Shown: positions 1 to 12,389, counted from the stretch's first letter. The stretch is 64,000 nucleotides of DNA from Octopus sinensis (GCF_006345805.1 NC_043010.1:1984001-2048000), one strand, 5' to 3'. The notes: a model not told the origin generated them from the sequence alone. Made by a program: numbers and translations.

Positions 1-92
1 TTCCATTACTTCTGTGGCTCAGTGCTCTTTCTGATGCCAACCCTCGTTGGTTTCCAAGTGAGTTAATATATCCCAAAATCTTACATAGATAA

Positions 93-135
<43 letters not shown>

Positions 136-767
136 TCATTGAGTGCACAGGACTTAAAGTTTCCTTTGATTTTATTCCATCCAGCTGATGCGATAGCATT
201 AAGAATAATCAGCTGAAGTACTCGGGCAGTTGCTTAAAGAATTCCAAAACTTATCACCATGCTTTTCCAGAATCCAATGATCTGTTTTATTTTTTCTACT
301 TTCGATGACTGGAATAAGGATTTGAACTCAGTATGTCCACATCCAAAACAGATCTTTAATCTTTTACTTATTTCAGTCATTTTACTGCAGCCATGCTTGG
401 GCACAGACTTGAAGAGTTTAATCCAGTACTAAACAAATTTACTCCAGTACTTTTTCATTTTTAAAGCCTGGGGCTTATTGTATCAGTCTCTCTTGCCGAA
501 CTGCTACATTATGGGTATGTAAACAAACACACACTGATTGTCAAGCTGTGGTAGATACATACAAACATGCACACACATATCTTTTATCTTTTACTTCTTG
601 GAAACAATACGTTGCTCTGAAGTTGAGAGCAATGCCCATGTGTTAGAAAGATCATATGATCTCCTCCATCTTTGCCAATGGGAGTGCTACATGTCTCTCC
701 TTTTTTGCAACACATGTATATATACATACACACACTCACATGGAGAATGAGTTTCTTTCAGTTTTGT

Positions 768-882
768 TCTACCAAATCTACTCACAAAGCCTTGATTGGT
801 CCAAGGCTGTTACAGAATACACTTGCCCAAAGTGTCATGAGATGGGACTGCTGACCAAAGCCTCGTGAGTAGATTTGGTAGA
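768..882. repeat. Two oppositely oriented SINE halves forming a local hairpin
   Basis: tctaccaaatctactcac (768-785) is the exact reverse complement of gtgagtagatttggtaga (865-882). Both halves match the SINE body seen at 11414 and 57754. Confidence 0.8.
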
Positions 883-1599
883 TGGAAACTGTAAGAAGAC
901 CTTTATATGTATGTATGCTAATATATATATAAACAGGATCTCTTGAAATTATGGCAACTGAAGTTTCGCTGTGAAGCAAGCTTCTTCACAACTCCAGCCG
1001 CCACAATTCATCTTATTCAGCATGCTAACATTCAGCATACTAATCTACCATACTGGACTAGCACTTTATTTACCAAGCCCTAAAGGATGAAAGTCACAAG
1101 GGAGTAGATGAAAGTACATCATTGATAAGGCTGCAGGCTTTGACCAAAGTACTATGACAAACCAATTGATTGGTTGATCAATCAATGGATCACATCTTTA
1201 GTTAACAATTAAATTGATAATAAGAAATGAGATATGACTGGTGCAAATGTTTTAATTCTGTGCATCTGTTTCAAGACACACTTTTATATTTAAACAGATG
1301 TTTGCTTCCCAATCACATGGTCTAAGGTTCAGTCCCACTGTATGACAGCTTAGATAGGTGTTTTCTAATTTTTGATATAGCCTCAGGCTGACGAAAGCAA
1401 TTTGGGTGGATTTAAGTTGACAGAAACCAAAAGAAGCCTATTGTGTGCATGTGTGAAGGTATACTATATAGTATTTATGTGTGTGTGTGTGTGTGGTTAC
1501 CCATGCTAGCATGGAAAACGGATGCTAAACGATGATGATGATGATGATATATATATAAATCGAAAAGTGAAATCGAAATCGCTCAAAAACCAATGGAAA

Positions 1600-1935
1600 T
1601 TGTAGTTGTAATACCAGTGCTGGTGGCATGTAAAAGAACCATCCGAATGTGGCCGTTGCCAGCGCCGCCCTGACTGGCCTCCATGCCGGTGGCACGTAAA
1701 AAGCATCAACCGATCGTGGCCATTGCCAACCTCGCCTGGCACCTGTGCTGGTGGCACGTAAAAAGCACCCACTACACTCACGGAGTGGTTGGCGTTAGGA
1801 AGGGCATCCAGCTGTAGAAACACTGCCAGATCAGACTGGAGCTTGGCGCAGCCTTCTGGCTTCCCAGACCCCAGTCGAACCATCCAACCCATGCTAACAT
1901 GGAAAGCGGACGTTAAACGATGATGATGATGATGT
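1600..1935 (+). mobile_element. Non-autonomous element with RTE-type 3' tail ending in (GAT)n
   Basis: Ends catgctaacatggaaagcggacgttaaacgatgatgatg and contains ggcgttaggaagggcatccagctgtagaaac. The same family occurs reversed at 7100-7460 and 16170-16570, and an extra tail copy sits at 1500-1550. Confidence 0.8.
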
Positions 1936-2258
1936 AATATAGGCGTATAAAGGTTGAATTTGGATTCATCCTTCAATATATATAAGTTCAGCAAAATTTA
2001 GATTCAGATGAATATGGTACTTAAGTTAAAGGCACCAGAATTTTGTATGGTATTATCTATATAAATCAAATTGGGTGATTATAATGTTGGCAAATGAAAT
2101 AGGGATAAGAATGTGCATTGTCCATTTAATTGGAAAATTCCATATGTGGCTGAAGATTGCTCGACATTTTAAAACTGATGTAATACTTAGTGTTTAATAA
2201 AATGAAGTAGCATGAAACAATTGTACTACTCTACCTTGGATATCCTTGTTGCTTATTT

Positions 2259-2303
<45 letters not shown>

Positions 2304-2651
2304 ATATATATATATTGAACTCACGTTCAATGTATATGCCTACTTGTTTGCTGGTAGGCAGCAATTTACCATGGTGGAGATGACTACCACAAAACGCCAG
2401 GAGTTAAAACACCTGAAAGTCATAGACAGACAATATAACATGCCCCAAATCCTATTTAAGGGCAATGGACATCAATGTGTTACCATTTTTGTGGCTTATC
2501 AACATCATGTATTTGAACTGAATCGGAGGCAAACTGAATCACCAGTAGTCAAATGGTTGTGGTAGGGGACAAACACAGACACAAAGACTCGTACACAGAG
2601 ATATAAGCACATACATTCATGCATACATACATACATACATACATATATTTA

Positions 2652-2880
2652 TATAAAAGGTGCGGTGAATAAATTGTCGTCTAAATTACACGAAAATGAA
2701 CATAACTCTGACACCTCATTTTAACAGATATATTTACCAAAATTACATAAAAATACCTTGAAATACTAAAGAGTAAATTCAATCAATAAAATCACCATTG
2801 GTCTCCAGATGACTTTGGAATCTCCTCCAACTCTTCTGGCTGGTCTCCTTGTTTAAGTTGGTGAATGCTGCCATAATCCT
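2652..2880 (-). mobile_element. Tc1/mariner (DD37D/maT-like) transposon 3' remnant
   Basis: Minus strand reads RIMAAFTNLNKETSQKSWRRFQSHLETNGDFID*, resembling a mariner-type transposase C-terminus. It is followed by a putative terminal sequence next to TA. Confidence 0.55.
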
Positions 2881-2890
2881 TGCATTCAGT

Positions 2891-2955
<65 letters not shown>

Positions 2956-3074
2956 ATATATACATGTGTGTAAATATATATATAGTATATAAATGTACAT
3001 ATCTCTCTCTCCCTATATATATATATATATATATATACATATACACACATACATACACATACTAGATGTACGCA

Positions 3075-3660
3075 CCAGCTGATGCACAGTGGAAAGGAAA
3101 AAATACTATTTTGAACTTCATGTAATCAAATTCTTGAATAATACAGTTTCCTTGCCTTTGGTGTGACAACATAAACACGACCAAGTGGTTCTTCTTTGAC
3201 AACCTTCAAATGGCCTTAACTTTTTGCCTTTGCTTTCTTCTTTGCCATTCTTTGTTACTACTGTTCCAAATAAAATACATGGGTTCCTCAGCATAAAGTG
3301 GTGTTTTGGGAAAGTCGTCGTTGATATAAAATGAAATGAATTCTGTCCAATGTTGTTCTCATATGTTGCTCATTGACAGCCATATGTATCCCCATTATTT
3401 CAGAGAGCAATATTCTCAGTTCATCTGGTAGATGAACTTACAGTTTCTCTATTGCAGGTGCTCTTTCATGAATCGAAAATCCTAAAATGGATGCAACTGC
3501 TTTGGATGGTCCAATACACCTACCCATTAGATATTGACTAATTTCATTATCATTGTTTATATGAACAGCAATTTGGTCTTTTCATTTCAGCGTGTACTTG
3601 GTGATGTACTTAATTGACCTCACTGAGGTAACGATTTCAAGGTACAACCCATTTGTTGTT
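3075..3660 (-). pseudogene. Helitron Rep/helicase coding fragment with stops and frameshifts
   Basis: Minus-strand pieces LYLEIVTSVRSIKYITKY, NDNEISQYLMGRCIG..AVASILGFSIHERAPAIEKL*VHL, DDFPKTPLYAEEPMYFIWNSSNKEWQRRKQ and LGRVYVVTPK. These match in order the Helitron linker motifs (NVE..SVKSIKY.CKY; DEI..Y..GRY.S..EA.WRI..F.IHER; LGR.Y.V.P). Confidence 0.85.
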
Positions 3661-4070
3661 TGTTTTGCCATTCTTATGAGATTCAGTTCCTCCCACCCCC
3701 ATTGCAACTGATTTTCGTCTATAAAGAGATTGTCTCTCTGTTTTTCTGCCTTTTGATTAAGATGATAAAGATTAATATTTAAATAAAATAGTAATTTTCC
3801 CCTTTAAAAAAAAAAAGAAATCAAGTACCCATGATTCAAAAATATCTCAAAAATATAGGGAGAATTTCTTTCAAGTCCACAGCACTCCCAAAGTTGTATA
3901 AATGATTAAGGGGAGAAAAAAAAGGAAAAAGAAGGGATGGATGACGAGGCTTTGAAGTGTCGGCATTTTCAACTTGATTTGTTTTTTCTTAAAGGGAGGA
4001 ATGACTTTATTATTTATAATCTTTATCATCCTAATCAAATGGCAGAAAAACAAACTTTGAATTTTAGTAT

Positions 4071-4107
<37 letters not shown>

Positions 4108-4394
4108 TGTGTGTGTGTGTGTTTGTGTGTGTACATCTCATCTCCTATATGTTTAGATGGGTAAGGCACATCTTGTTAATGTGCTGTTCTGTAATCAGAA
4201 GCTCTTCTTGATGCTCTTCCCTTTCTTATTTTCAAGGTATTTAATTCTCATCTTTGCCTGCCGATCCTCTGAACTGCAGGACAATATGTGGAACGTTGTT
4301 ACCTCGGCCCCAGTTGCACCAATGCTAAGTCACAGAGAAAAAAACAAGTACACACAAACATACTTATATATATATACACGCAAGACATCGCTAT

Positions 4395-4530
4395 GAGATT
4401 AGGAAGTTTGATTCCCAACCACATGATTGAACCTGTGGGTTCAATCCCAGTGTGTTGTCTTAGGCGTCTCCTGCTATAGTTCTGAGTCAACTAAAGTGGA
4501 TTTAGTAGATGGAAATTGAATAAAGCCTAT
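4395..4530 (+). mobile_element. tRNA-head SINE, family A (diverged)
   Basis: cccaaccacatgattgaacctgtgggttcaatcccagtg...ggatttagtagatggaaattgaataaagcc aligns to the copy at 11414. Confidence 0.7.
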
Positions 4531-4556
4531 TGTGTGTGTGTATGTACATTATGTAC

Positions 4557-4589
<33 letters not shown>

Positions 4590-4591
<2 letters not shown>

Positions 4592-4784
4592 GTTAGCACA
4601 CAGGGTAAAATGCTTGGTGGCATTTCAGCTGTCTTTATGCTCTGAGTTCAAATTCCACTGAGGTCAACTTCCCCTTTCATTCTTTGAGTTGATGAATTAA
4701 GTACCAGTCAAATACTGGGGTGGATGTGATTGACTATCCTGCTCCACCAAAATTTCAGACCATGTGCCTATAGTAGAGAGGATA
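4590..4784 (+). mobile_element. SINE family B
   Basis: tctgagttcaaattccactgaggtcaacttcccctttcattc...aagtaccagt, the reverse complement of the family seen at 34700 and 63585. Confidence 0.75.
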
Positions 4785-4865
4785 TCTTTATTATATAAAA
4801 TCCGTTCTGTCTGTGTGTATGTCTTCTAGGTTCTCAGACATCTTCCATCTGATTGCGCTCAAATT
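4785..4865 (+). mobile_element. Truncated non-autonomous Helitron 5' end
   Basis: a|TCtttattatataaaatccgttctgtctgtg... is nearly identical to the start of 7487-7867. It is interrupted by a SINE at 4866. Confidence 0.7.
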
Positions 4866-4995
4866 CACTCACAAGGCTTTGGTCGGACCGAGGCTATAGT
4901 AGAAGATACTTGTCCAAGGTGCCATGCAGTGGGACTGAATCCAGAACCATGTGGCTGGGAAGCAAGCTACTTGCCACACAGCCATACCTGTGCCT
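4866..4995 (-). mobile_element. SINE family A
   Basis: cactcacaaggctttggtcggaccgaggctatagtagaagatacttgtccaaggtgccatgcagtgggactgaatcc is the reverse complement of the family A body. Confidence 0.85.
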
Positions 4996-5019
4996 ATGTT
5001 AGGTTGTGATGTATCGATC

Positions 5020-6431
5020 TCTATAGTAACCTGCTCAATGAGAATTTCATTGGATGCTTGTTCATTTCTTATAACCTTTAGTAGTTTACTGATTGTGGGA
5101 TGAGTTATGTAAAGTCTTTTTTCAAAATCCTGAAACCATCCCCTCTCTCTCTCTCTTTTGGAGAGGCACAAGCACCTACACGCACATGTACACACACGGC
5201 AGTAACTTCCGCCTGCCGAATTCAATCACAAAGCTTTGGTCAGCTCGGGGCTATAGCAGAAGACACCTACCCAAAGTGCCACACAGTGGGACTGAACCCG
5301 AAACCATGTAGCTAGGAAGCAAGCTCCCTAACCACACAGCCATGCCCGCGCCCTTTGAGAGAATTGTTTGTTCTCAGCAAATTATCATGAACTTGAGTGT
5401 GGACAGACCACAAATCAACATCAAAAATTGGTTTCCTTCAATGCCCTCTCTGGACTATTCCTAACTGCGTACTTTCAAAGTAAACAAGATAATCACTTAA
5501 TAACTAATCAGTTTCATCTAAGGAATTCACCAATTCATAAAATAATTGATGCCCATCTGTGGGTGGGACAAAGGCAAATGTTTGTAATTGCTCGATGAAA
5601 AGGGCATTACTTGTTTCAACATACCAGTGTTGCAGTCCACACGATGGGATATTGCACCATAAACATTGCCCAGAATGAAAGAAACAACCCAGTATTGATA
5701 TATTAGGAAGGTTCTTCTTAATGCTATTTATTGTTGCTTATTTGAAGTCGATTGTTATTGAATCCAGATCCTGAACACTTTTGCTTTTCAAAAACATAAA
5801 AATTTCATTATACATTTCCTCTTCATTGTATTACATGTAATACAATACACCAATGGCAAGGTTTTGTTCCCTGAAACAGTAACATGTATAGTATACAGCT
5901 GTTTGCTTAGGGGAGCAGAGTCAAATGTGCCATTACCTAACTATGTTTGTTTGCCAGATAGTAATTTCAAATTTTTTACTGTTGTTAAAATAGAAACAGC
6001 AGTGGTTTCATATAGCTGAAAATTTTCTCCATGTGTTGTCATATCCAAGTCTTTGCTATCATCAATCTTTCTTGCTCACTTTACCATTCTCCCGAACATT
6101 TCTCTTCTAAGCAGAGAACCAGCAATGTTGAGAGGCAACTCCTCCATGACATTATTAATTATAGCCCCAACATCACCTCTTCTGTCTGTTTGGCTGTAGT
6201 CCTCATTTTAGCCAAAGCTTTTAGAACGTTAATATGAACACCATCTGGAGGATGTGATTCATTTAAAACATTTCCATCTTCGGTATCACTTATAGTTCTA
6301 ATTCTAGCATTGCACACTTTTCGTTTTTCACATCTCCAGTAAGTGGTTTCCGTAACTTTTTTATCGACAATGTATGTATATCCATTAAGAAGGAGCTTTC
6401 TACCATAACCTGCTGTTTTAGTGAATTCCAT
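5020..6431 (-). pseudogene. Degenerate Mutator/MULE transposase with N-terminal FLYWCH zinc finger
   Basis: ATG at 6431 starts MEFTKTAGYGRKLLLNGYTY..TTYWRCEKRKVCNARI..H (FLYWCH-like). Then GNGTFDSAPLSKQLYTIH (5932), ITIDFK*ATINSIKKNLPNISILGCFFHSGQCLW (5749-5660), LWSVH..RTNNSLKG (5352-5400) and, after a SINE, WFQDFEKRLYITHPTISKLLKVIRNEQ. This is the standard MULE motif order, with stops and frameshifts. Confidence 0.9.
5140..5351 (-). mobile_element. SINE family A inserted in the MULE transposase
   Basis: Family A sequence (gcgcgggcatggctgtgtggttaggg... on the minus strand) separates RTNNSLKG from WFQDF. Confidence 0.85.
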
Positions 6432-6934
6432 GGTCAAACTGTGGGGATAAAATGATTTACTTTTAAAAAAAAGTATGTAATTAAATATTGAACTATTTTT
6501 AATCTCATTAAATCTTAAGTTCCAACTTGATGAATCGGTCACTATAATATGTGGGTAGGAATTTTTTGTTTATCCTTTTTATCTATTAGAGAAGATGTTT
6601 TTGAGATTAACTATTTTTAATCTCATTAAATCTTAAGTGATAAATTGGTGAATTTGTCATTAAACTATGTTGGTAAGAATGTTTTTTTTTTATTATTGCA
6701 TCCATTTGGCTTCTTGTCTTTCAGCAAAAGTGCATTTAGCATCCTGTCCATGCATGATAGGCATGCAAACACACTCATACACGCACACATACATACTCTA
6801 CACATACATGCACACACACAAGCACACACATATATATATACACATGTATATGTATCTGAGTTTGTATTTGTTTATCTTCTAATATTGTGTGATTGTTGTA
6901 AATGAATATCATTCATTTCTAGTATTCTGGCAAT

Positions 6935-7095
6935 GGGGAAATATTGGTTTCAAATTTTGGCATAACGTTAGCAATTTCAGAGGAGGAGTAAGTGGGATCA
7001 TATCAAACCCTGAGCTCAACTGGTACTTACTTTATTGACTTCAAAAAACGAAAAGGAAAGTCAACCTCAGCAGAATTTGAGCTCAAAACAATAAT
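6935..7095 (-). mobile_element. SINE family B (diverged)
   Basis: ggtttcaaattttggc...ctggtacttac...aaagtcaacctcagcagaatttgagctc. Confidence 0.65.
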
Positions 7096-7099
7096 ATCA

Positions 7100-7460
7100 T
7101 CATCATCATTTAGCATCCGTTTTCCATGCTAGCATGGGTTGGACGGTTCGACCGGGGTCTGGTAAACCATGGAGGCTGCACCAAGCTCTAGTCTGATTTG
7201 GCAGTGTTTCTACAGCTGGATGCCCTTCCTAATGCCAACCACTCCATGAGTGTAGTGGGTGTTTTTTACGTGCCACCGGCACAGGGGCCAGATCGGGCTG
7301 GCAAACAGCCACGATCGGTTGGTGCTTTTACGTGTCACCGACACGGACTCCAGTCAGGTGGCGCTGGCATCTGCCACGTTCGGAGTCACTTGCACGGGTG
7401 TCTTAACTACAATTTCCATTTGATTTTTATCTGGCATCAGCCACGTTCGGATGGTGCTTA
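7100..7460 (-). mobile_element. RTE-tailed non-autonomous element
   Basis: Begins catcatcatttagcatccgttttccatgctagcatgggttggacgg and contains two ttttacgtg(c/t)caccg(g/a)cac modules. Confidence 0.8.
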
Positions 7461-7486
7461 TACAATAATCATGATAATAATGATAA

Positions 7487-7867
7487 TCTATTATATAAAA
7501 TCCGTTCTGTCTGTCTGTGAGTGTGTCTTCTAGGATCTCAGACATCCCCATCTGATTGCGCTCAAATTTGATATGTAGATACTGACGGTATCAGGGCGTG
7601 TATACGTCTTGAAAAAATTACAAAAATCGATTGCAGGTGAGAATGCGATCGATAAAGCCATGGGAACGTGCATTTGTAAAATCGTTTTACTTGGAATAGA
7701 AAAAAGTCAATCTTTATTTCTTCTTTTGCTGGTGTCTCAAATTTATATTAAATCAGTGTTTCTCAAAGGGGAGGTCTATGGGACGATTGGACAAGTTGTT
7801 TTGAGAAAATTTGGTTTAAAAGTTTGACAACTCAGTACCTTCCATTGGACGGGGGGCGTTTTGCTCG
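7487..7867 (+). mobile_element. Non-autonomous Helitron (about 380 bp), near complete
   Basis: 5' a|TCtattatataaaa. Subterminal hairpin ccttcc-att-ggacgg, then 3' CTCG|t (degenerate CTAG), consistent with an A^T target. Confidence 0.65.
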
Positions 7868-7884
7868 TAATATATATATGACCA

Positions 7885-8030
7885 GCTTCTTTCAGTCTCT
7901 CTCTACCAAATTCATTCACAATTCTTTGGTCAGCCCAAGGCTATAGTAGAATACACTTGCCCAACGTGTCACAAGTGGGACTGAACCCAGAACTATGTGG
8001 TTAGGAAGCAAGCATCTTACCTCACAGCCA
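7885..8030 (-). mobile_element. SINE family A
   Basis: gcttctttcagtctc..taccaaattcattcacaattctttggtcagcccaaggctatagtagaatacacttgccc. Confidence 0.75.
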
Positions 8031-8119
8031 GGCGAAATGTCACTAACCATTTTGCCCAGCTGTGTACCAGTTCTGCAAGTTCGCCAACTTATAGCCATAA
8101 GAAAATATTACCTTGCTAG

Positions 8120-8235
8120 GAAAACAGGTGAAGGCTGGGCAACAGGAAGGACATCTGACCACAAAAAAATCTGCCATAAGCAATTCCATCTGACCCATGC
8201 GAGCATGGAAAAGTCGATGTTAAAACAATGATGAC
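8120..8235 (+). mobile_element. RTE 3' tail fragment
   Basis: gggcaacaggaaggacatctgaccac...cccatgcgagcatggaaaagtcgatgttaaaacaatgatgac. Confidence 0.65.
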
Positions 8236-8982
8236 AATGACACACACACTCACTCACTCTCTCCCTCTTTCTCTCCGTCTCTCCCCATCTCTCTTCCTCT
8301 CTCTCTCTCCGTCTCCCATCTCTCTTCCTCTCTCTCTTCCCCCCCTCTCTCTCTCTGCCTCCATACAATTTCTCCCTATCAATTTTATTTAGAAGGCATT
8401 GGTCAACCCAAGTCTTTAGTTGAAGAACATTTGCCCAAAGTGCCACAAAGCGAGATCAAACCTGAAAATACATAATTACAAAGTGAACTTCTTAACCGCA
8501 TAGCAATGTGTGTGTGTGTGTTTGTGTATACATCTAAGCGTTTTTGTGTGTATGCTTGTGTGGGCATGTGTAAGTATGTGTATCTGAGTGGATGTCATTT
8601 AAATTTATTGGTTTCTTTTATGTCCCTACTTTAACTATAATATTTCTTCTATTCCAATGCACCAGATCTACTTTGTTTGTATATCTCTGTAGCTTTTATT
8701 TGATCATAGATATGTCCAAACCAACATAATGCATGTTTGATCTTCCATACTTGAGACATGGTAGAAGTATCTTTCTTTTTCTCTTTCCCTTTCTGTATGT
8801 GTGCGTATGTGTATGTGTGTGTGTACATACACACACACATGTATTTATGTATATATAATATGTGTATGCATTTATGTATACACACATATTTATATGCATT
8901 GTTACACATTATATACATACGTATATAGGCTTATATATAAACACATACATGCACATATGCATGCACACATACTTATATATTA

Positions 8983-9140
8983 ATAATAATAATAATGATA
9001 ATAATAATAATAATAATAATGATAATAATAATTCTTTAATAATAATAATAATAATGATAATAATAATGATAATAATAATGATAATAATAATAATAATGAT
9101 AATAATAATAATAATGATAATAATAATGATAATAATAATG
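8983..9140. repeat. Compound (AAT)n/(GAT) microsatellite
   Basis: About 155 bp of aat triplets with interspersed gat. It produces the poly-Ile ORFs. Confidence 0.95.
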
Positions 9141-9603
9141 AGCTGAATCTTGAGGATGTTTGAATACACAAAGAAAAAAGAGAAGAAAAAAGTAGAAATG
9201 AAGTGAAGCTTGCAAAAGAAACCGAAGCAGAAAAATATAATCATACTTACATAATAGGTGAACCGCAGTCTTGCAGGACATATGAAATTATATATTGCTA
9301 TGGACTCTTGCACAGAATATTGCGCTCTGGAATTCATCCAAATATTTTTTCTTCCGTTGATTGGTTAAACTTCCAAACCACTTCATTTAGCTGTAGACTT
9401 GAATTTCTAGTAGAGCTCTCACGTGAGGGAGATATTTAATGGTTTATGTAGCCACAACCAGAAAATGTAGGTTAATTTCAACCAGAAACCAAAGTGATCT
9501 TTTCTTTGGATGGCATTTCAATAATAAAATAATAAGTTTGATATCACTGAGCAATAGGTTCAGATTCTCCTCATAGACAGATATTTCTATATGACAGAAT
9601 TTT

Positions 9604-10502
9604 CAGTGCCTTATGATGTGTAGTCCACATATCTCAGTCTTATAATGTGTAGCCTACATCTCTCAGTCTTATAATGTGTAGCCCACATCTCTTAGTCTTA
9701 TAATGTGTAGTCTACATCTCTTAGTCTTATAATGTGTAGCCCACATCTCTCAGTCTTATAATGTGTAGCCCACATCTCTCAGTCTTATAATGTGTAGCCC
9801 ACATCTCTCAGTCTTATAATGTGTAGTCCACATCTCTTAGTCTTATAATGTGTAGCCCACATCTCTCAGTCTTATAATGTGTAGCCCACATCTCTTAGTC
9901 TTATAATGTGTAGTCTACATCTCTTAGTCTTATAATGTGTAGCCCACATCTCTCAGTCTTATAATGTGTAGCCCACATCTGTTAGTCTTATAATGTGTAG
10001 CCCACATCTCTCAGTCTTATAATGTGTAGCCCACATCTGTTAGTCTTATAATGTGTAGCCCACATCTATTAGTCTTATAATGTGTAGTCCAATCTCTTAG
10101 TCTTATAATGTGTAGCCCACATCTCTTAGTCTTATAATGTGTAGTCCACATCTCTTAGTCTTATAATGTGTAGCCCACATCTCTTAGTCTTATAATGTGT
10201 AGCCCACATCTCTTAGTCTTATAATGTGTAGTCCACATCTCTTAGTCTTATAATGTGTAGCCCACATCTCTCAGTCTTATAATGTGTAGCCCACATCTGT
10301 TAGTCTTATAATGTGTAGCCCACATCTCTCAGTCTTATAATGTGTAGCCCACATATCTCAGTCTTATAATGTGTAGCCCACATCTATTAGTCTTATAATG
10401 TGTAGCCCACATCTCTTAGTCTTATAATGTGTAGCCCACATCTCTTAGTCTTATAATGTGTAGTTCACATCTCTTAGTCTTACAATGTGTAGCCCACATC
10501 TC
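9604..10502. repeat. 29-bp minisatellite, about 31 copies
   Basis: Unit cacatctct(c/t)agtcttataatgtgtagcc repeated head-to-tail with few substitutions and one 28-bp unit. There are no spacers. Confidence 0.98.
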
Positions 10503-10825
10503 CAAGTTCTGCAATGAGAATCTTCTCTGATTTTTCTGACATATTCCAAGCATCTCCCTCATTACTTTAACTAGAAAATTATTTTAATGTCGATTTTTCT
10601 GTGCTTGCATGGAATTTGTGGAGGCAAATTTTCTATAGCCAGATGCTTTTCTTGTCACCAGCTTTCATCTGTTTCCAAGCAAGGTAATATTTCCCTATGG
10701 CCAAACATATTTTCATAGAAGAATGGGAAAAAAAGACACTGCTAGCATGATGGTGATGCTTGCTTACAACCATCACTTGATGTCAAGATAGGGAGACAGT
10801 CACACACACACTCACTCACATACAG

Positions 10826-10982
10826 AGGCTGGGCTTCTTTCAGTTTCCACCAACTAAATTTTCTCACGAGGCTTCTTTGTTCAGCCTGGGGCTTATAGTA
10901 GAAGACACCTGCCCAAGCTGCCACACAGTGGAACTGAACCCACAACAATGCAGCTGGAGAACAATTTTCTTACCACTCAGTC
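10826..10982 (-). mobile_element. SINE family A
   Basis: gggcttctttcagtttccacc...tagtagaagacacctgcccaag is the reverse complement of the family A body. Confidence 0.75.
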
Positions 10983-11413
10983 AGGTCATTTGAACATTTA
11001 TAGTTCGCTTGCAAACAGGAAATCTTTTTGTTTCATGGTCAAACATATTACGGAGAATATTTATAACTGGACAATATTTTAAATATTCCACTCCAAATCA
11101 TGTGGTAGCACTACACAGGTGCGTCTTTCAGGCTCTCCATCCTCCTTTGTTCTAGAAATGACTTCACTGCCTCTATTAATGAGGTTTCTATCATTTAACT
11201 GAATTATGAAATTGTGTGGGGCCTCTGATTTTAATGTCTCATACAATCATCTAGTTTGCCAAGCACATAGAGTAGGCCTTGATATCATAATTATAAGCAA
11301 TGTTTTGAAACTGAAAAAGAGTAATAGGTCCATTTAGTACAGGTGGGTGGGTGTATATAACCACAGGTTTATCATTTACAAGTGTTTATAATGTTTAATA
11401 TTTTTTTTAATTA

Positions 11414-11822
11414 GGCGCAGGAGTGGCTGTATGGTAAGTAGCTTGCTTACCAGCCACATGGTTCCAGGTTCAGTCCCACTGCATGGCACCTTGGGCAAGT
11501 GTCTTCTACTATGGCCTCAGGCTGACCAAAGCCTTGTGAGTGGATTTGGTAGATGGAAACTGAAAGAAGCCCATCGTATATATGTATATATATATGTATG
11601 TGTGTGTATATGTTTGTGTGTCTGTGTTTGTCCCCCCCAGCATCGCTTGACAACCGATGCTGGTGTGTTTACGTCTCCGTAACTTAGCAGTTTGGCAAAA
11701 GAGACTGATAGAATAAGTACTAGGCTTCCAAAGAATAAGTCCTGGGATTGATTTGCTCGACTAAAGGTGGTGCTCCAGCATGGCCACAGTCAAATGACTG
11801 AAACAAGTAAAAGAGAAAAGAG
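11414..11822 (+). mobile_element. Full-length SINE family A
   Basis: tRNA-like head ggcgcaggagtggctgtatggtaag...ggttcagtccc, central cttgggcaagtgtcttct motif, internal (TG)n and 3' gaaacaagtaaaagag tail. Confidence 0.9.
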
Positions 11823-11829
11823 GTAGCAA

Positions 11830-12050
11830 GCTAGTTGAATCACTATCATTCCAGACAAAGTGCTTAGTTGCATTACTTCTGGCTTTATATTCTGAGTTCA
11901 AATTCTGCCACAAGGTCTACTCTGCCATTCATCTTTTTGAGATTAATAAAATAAGTACCAGTTGAATACTGAGGTCAATGTTATCAATTAGCCCCCCCCC
12001 CCCCTCCTTCAAAATTTCAGCTCCTGTTCCTAAAGCAGAAAGAAATTATT
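11830..12050 (+). mobile_element. SINE family B (diverged)
   Basis: ttctgagttcaaattctgccacaaggtctac...aagtaccagttgaatactgaggtc. Confidence 0.7.
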
Positions 12051-12389
12051 TTTTATTAAAACCTTAGCAGTTAATTTATATCTTGAATTTCAGTTGTGTC
12101 AGAAGAGAAAGTCTAATTGTTCTAGAATCTTTAGTATACTATTAAATATCATACACATGGAATGTATTATTTTGTTTAATCCTTTAGTGAGGAGACAAAA
12201 CAATATCCATGACTTTTGACAGGGTCTCTGAGACTGATGGGAGTTAGAGAGAATGGTATCCTCAAACAAGAAACTTAACCCGTATAATTGCAACAGGAAA
12301 GATTCTACTAAAAGCGCCCAACATGCCAGGTGGTAGTGATAAAACAAGGTGATGGATTTAGTATACTGCTCAAGGTTATGGATATTACT

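Noticed and set aside
1506-1994. 162-aa ORF and the similar ORFs at 7198-7533 and 16207-16751
   Set aside because: They are chance translations of the same high-copy RTE-tailed repeat.
8909-9337. Poly-Ile, poly-Tyr-Ile and poly-Cys-Val ORFs throughout the track
   Set aside because: They are direct translations of (AAT)n, (TA)n and (TG)n microsatellites.
9250-9340. Exon MNSRAQYSVQESIAIYNF with a GTAAGT donor
   Set aside because: There is an in-frame stop just upstream and no good acceptor; it is better explained as decayed LINE sequence or chance.
9604-10502. CRISPR-like array
   Set aside because: Units are head-to-tail with no unique spacers, the context is eukaryotic and there are no cas genes.
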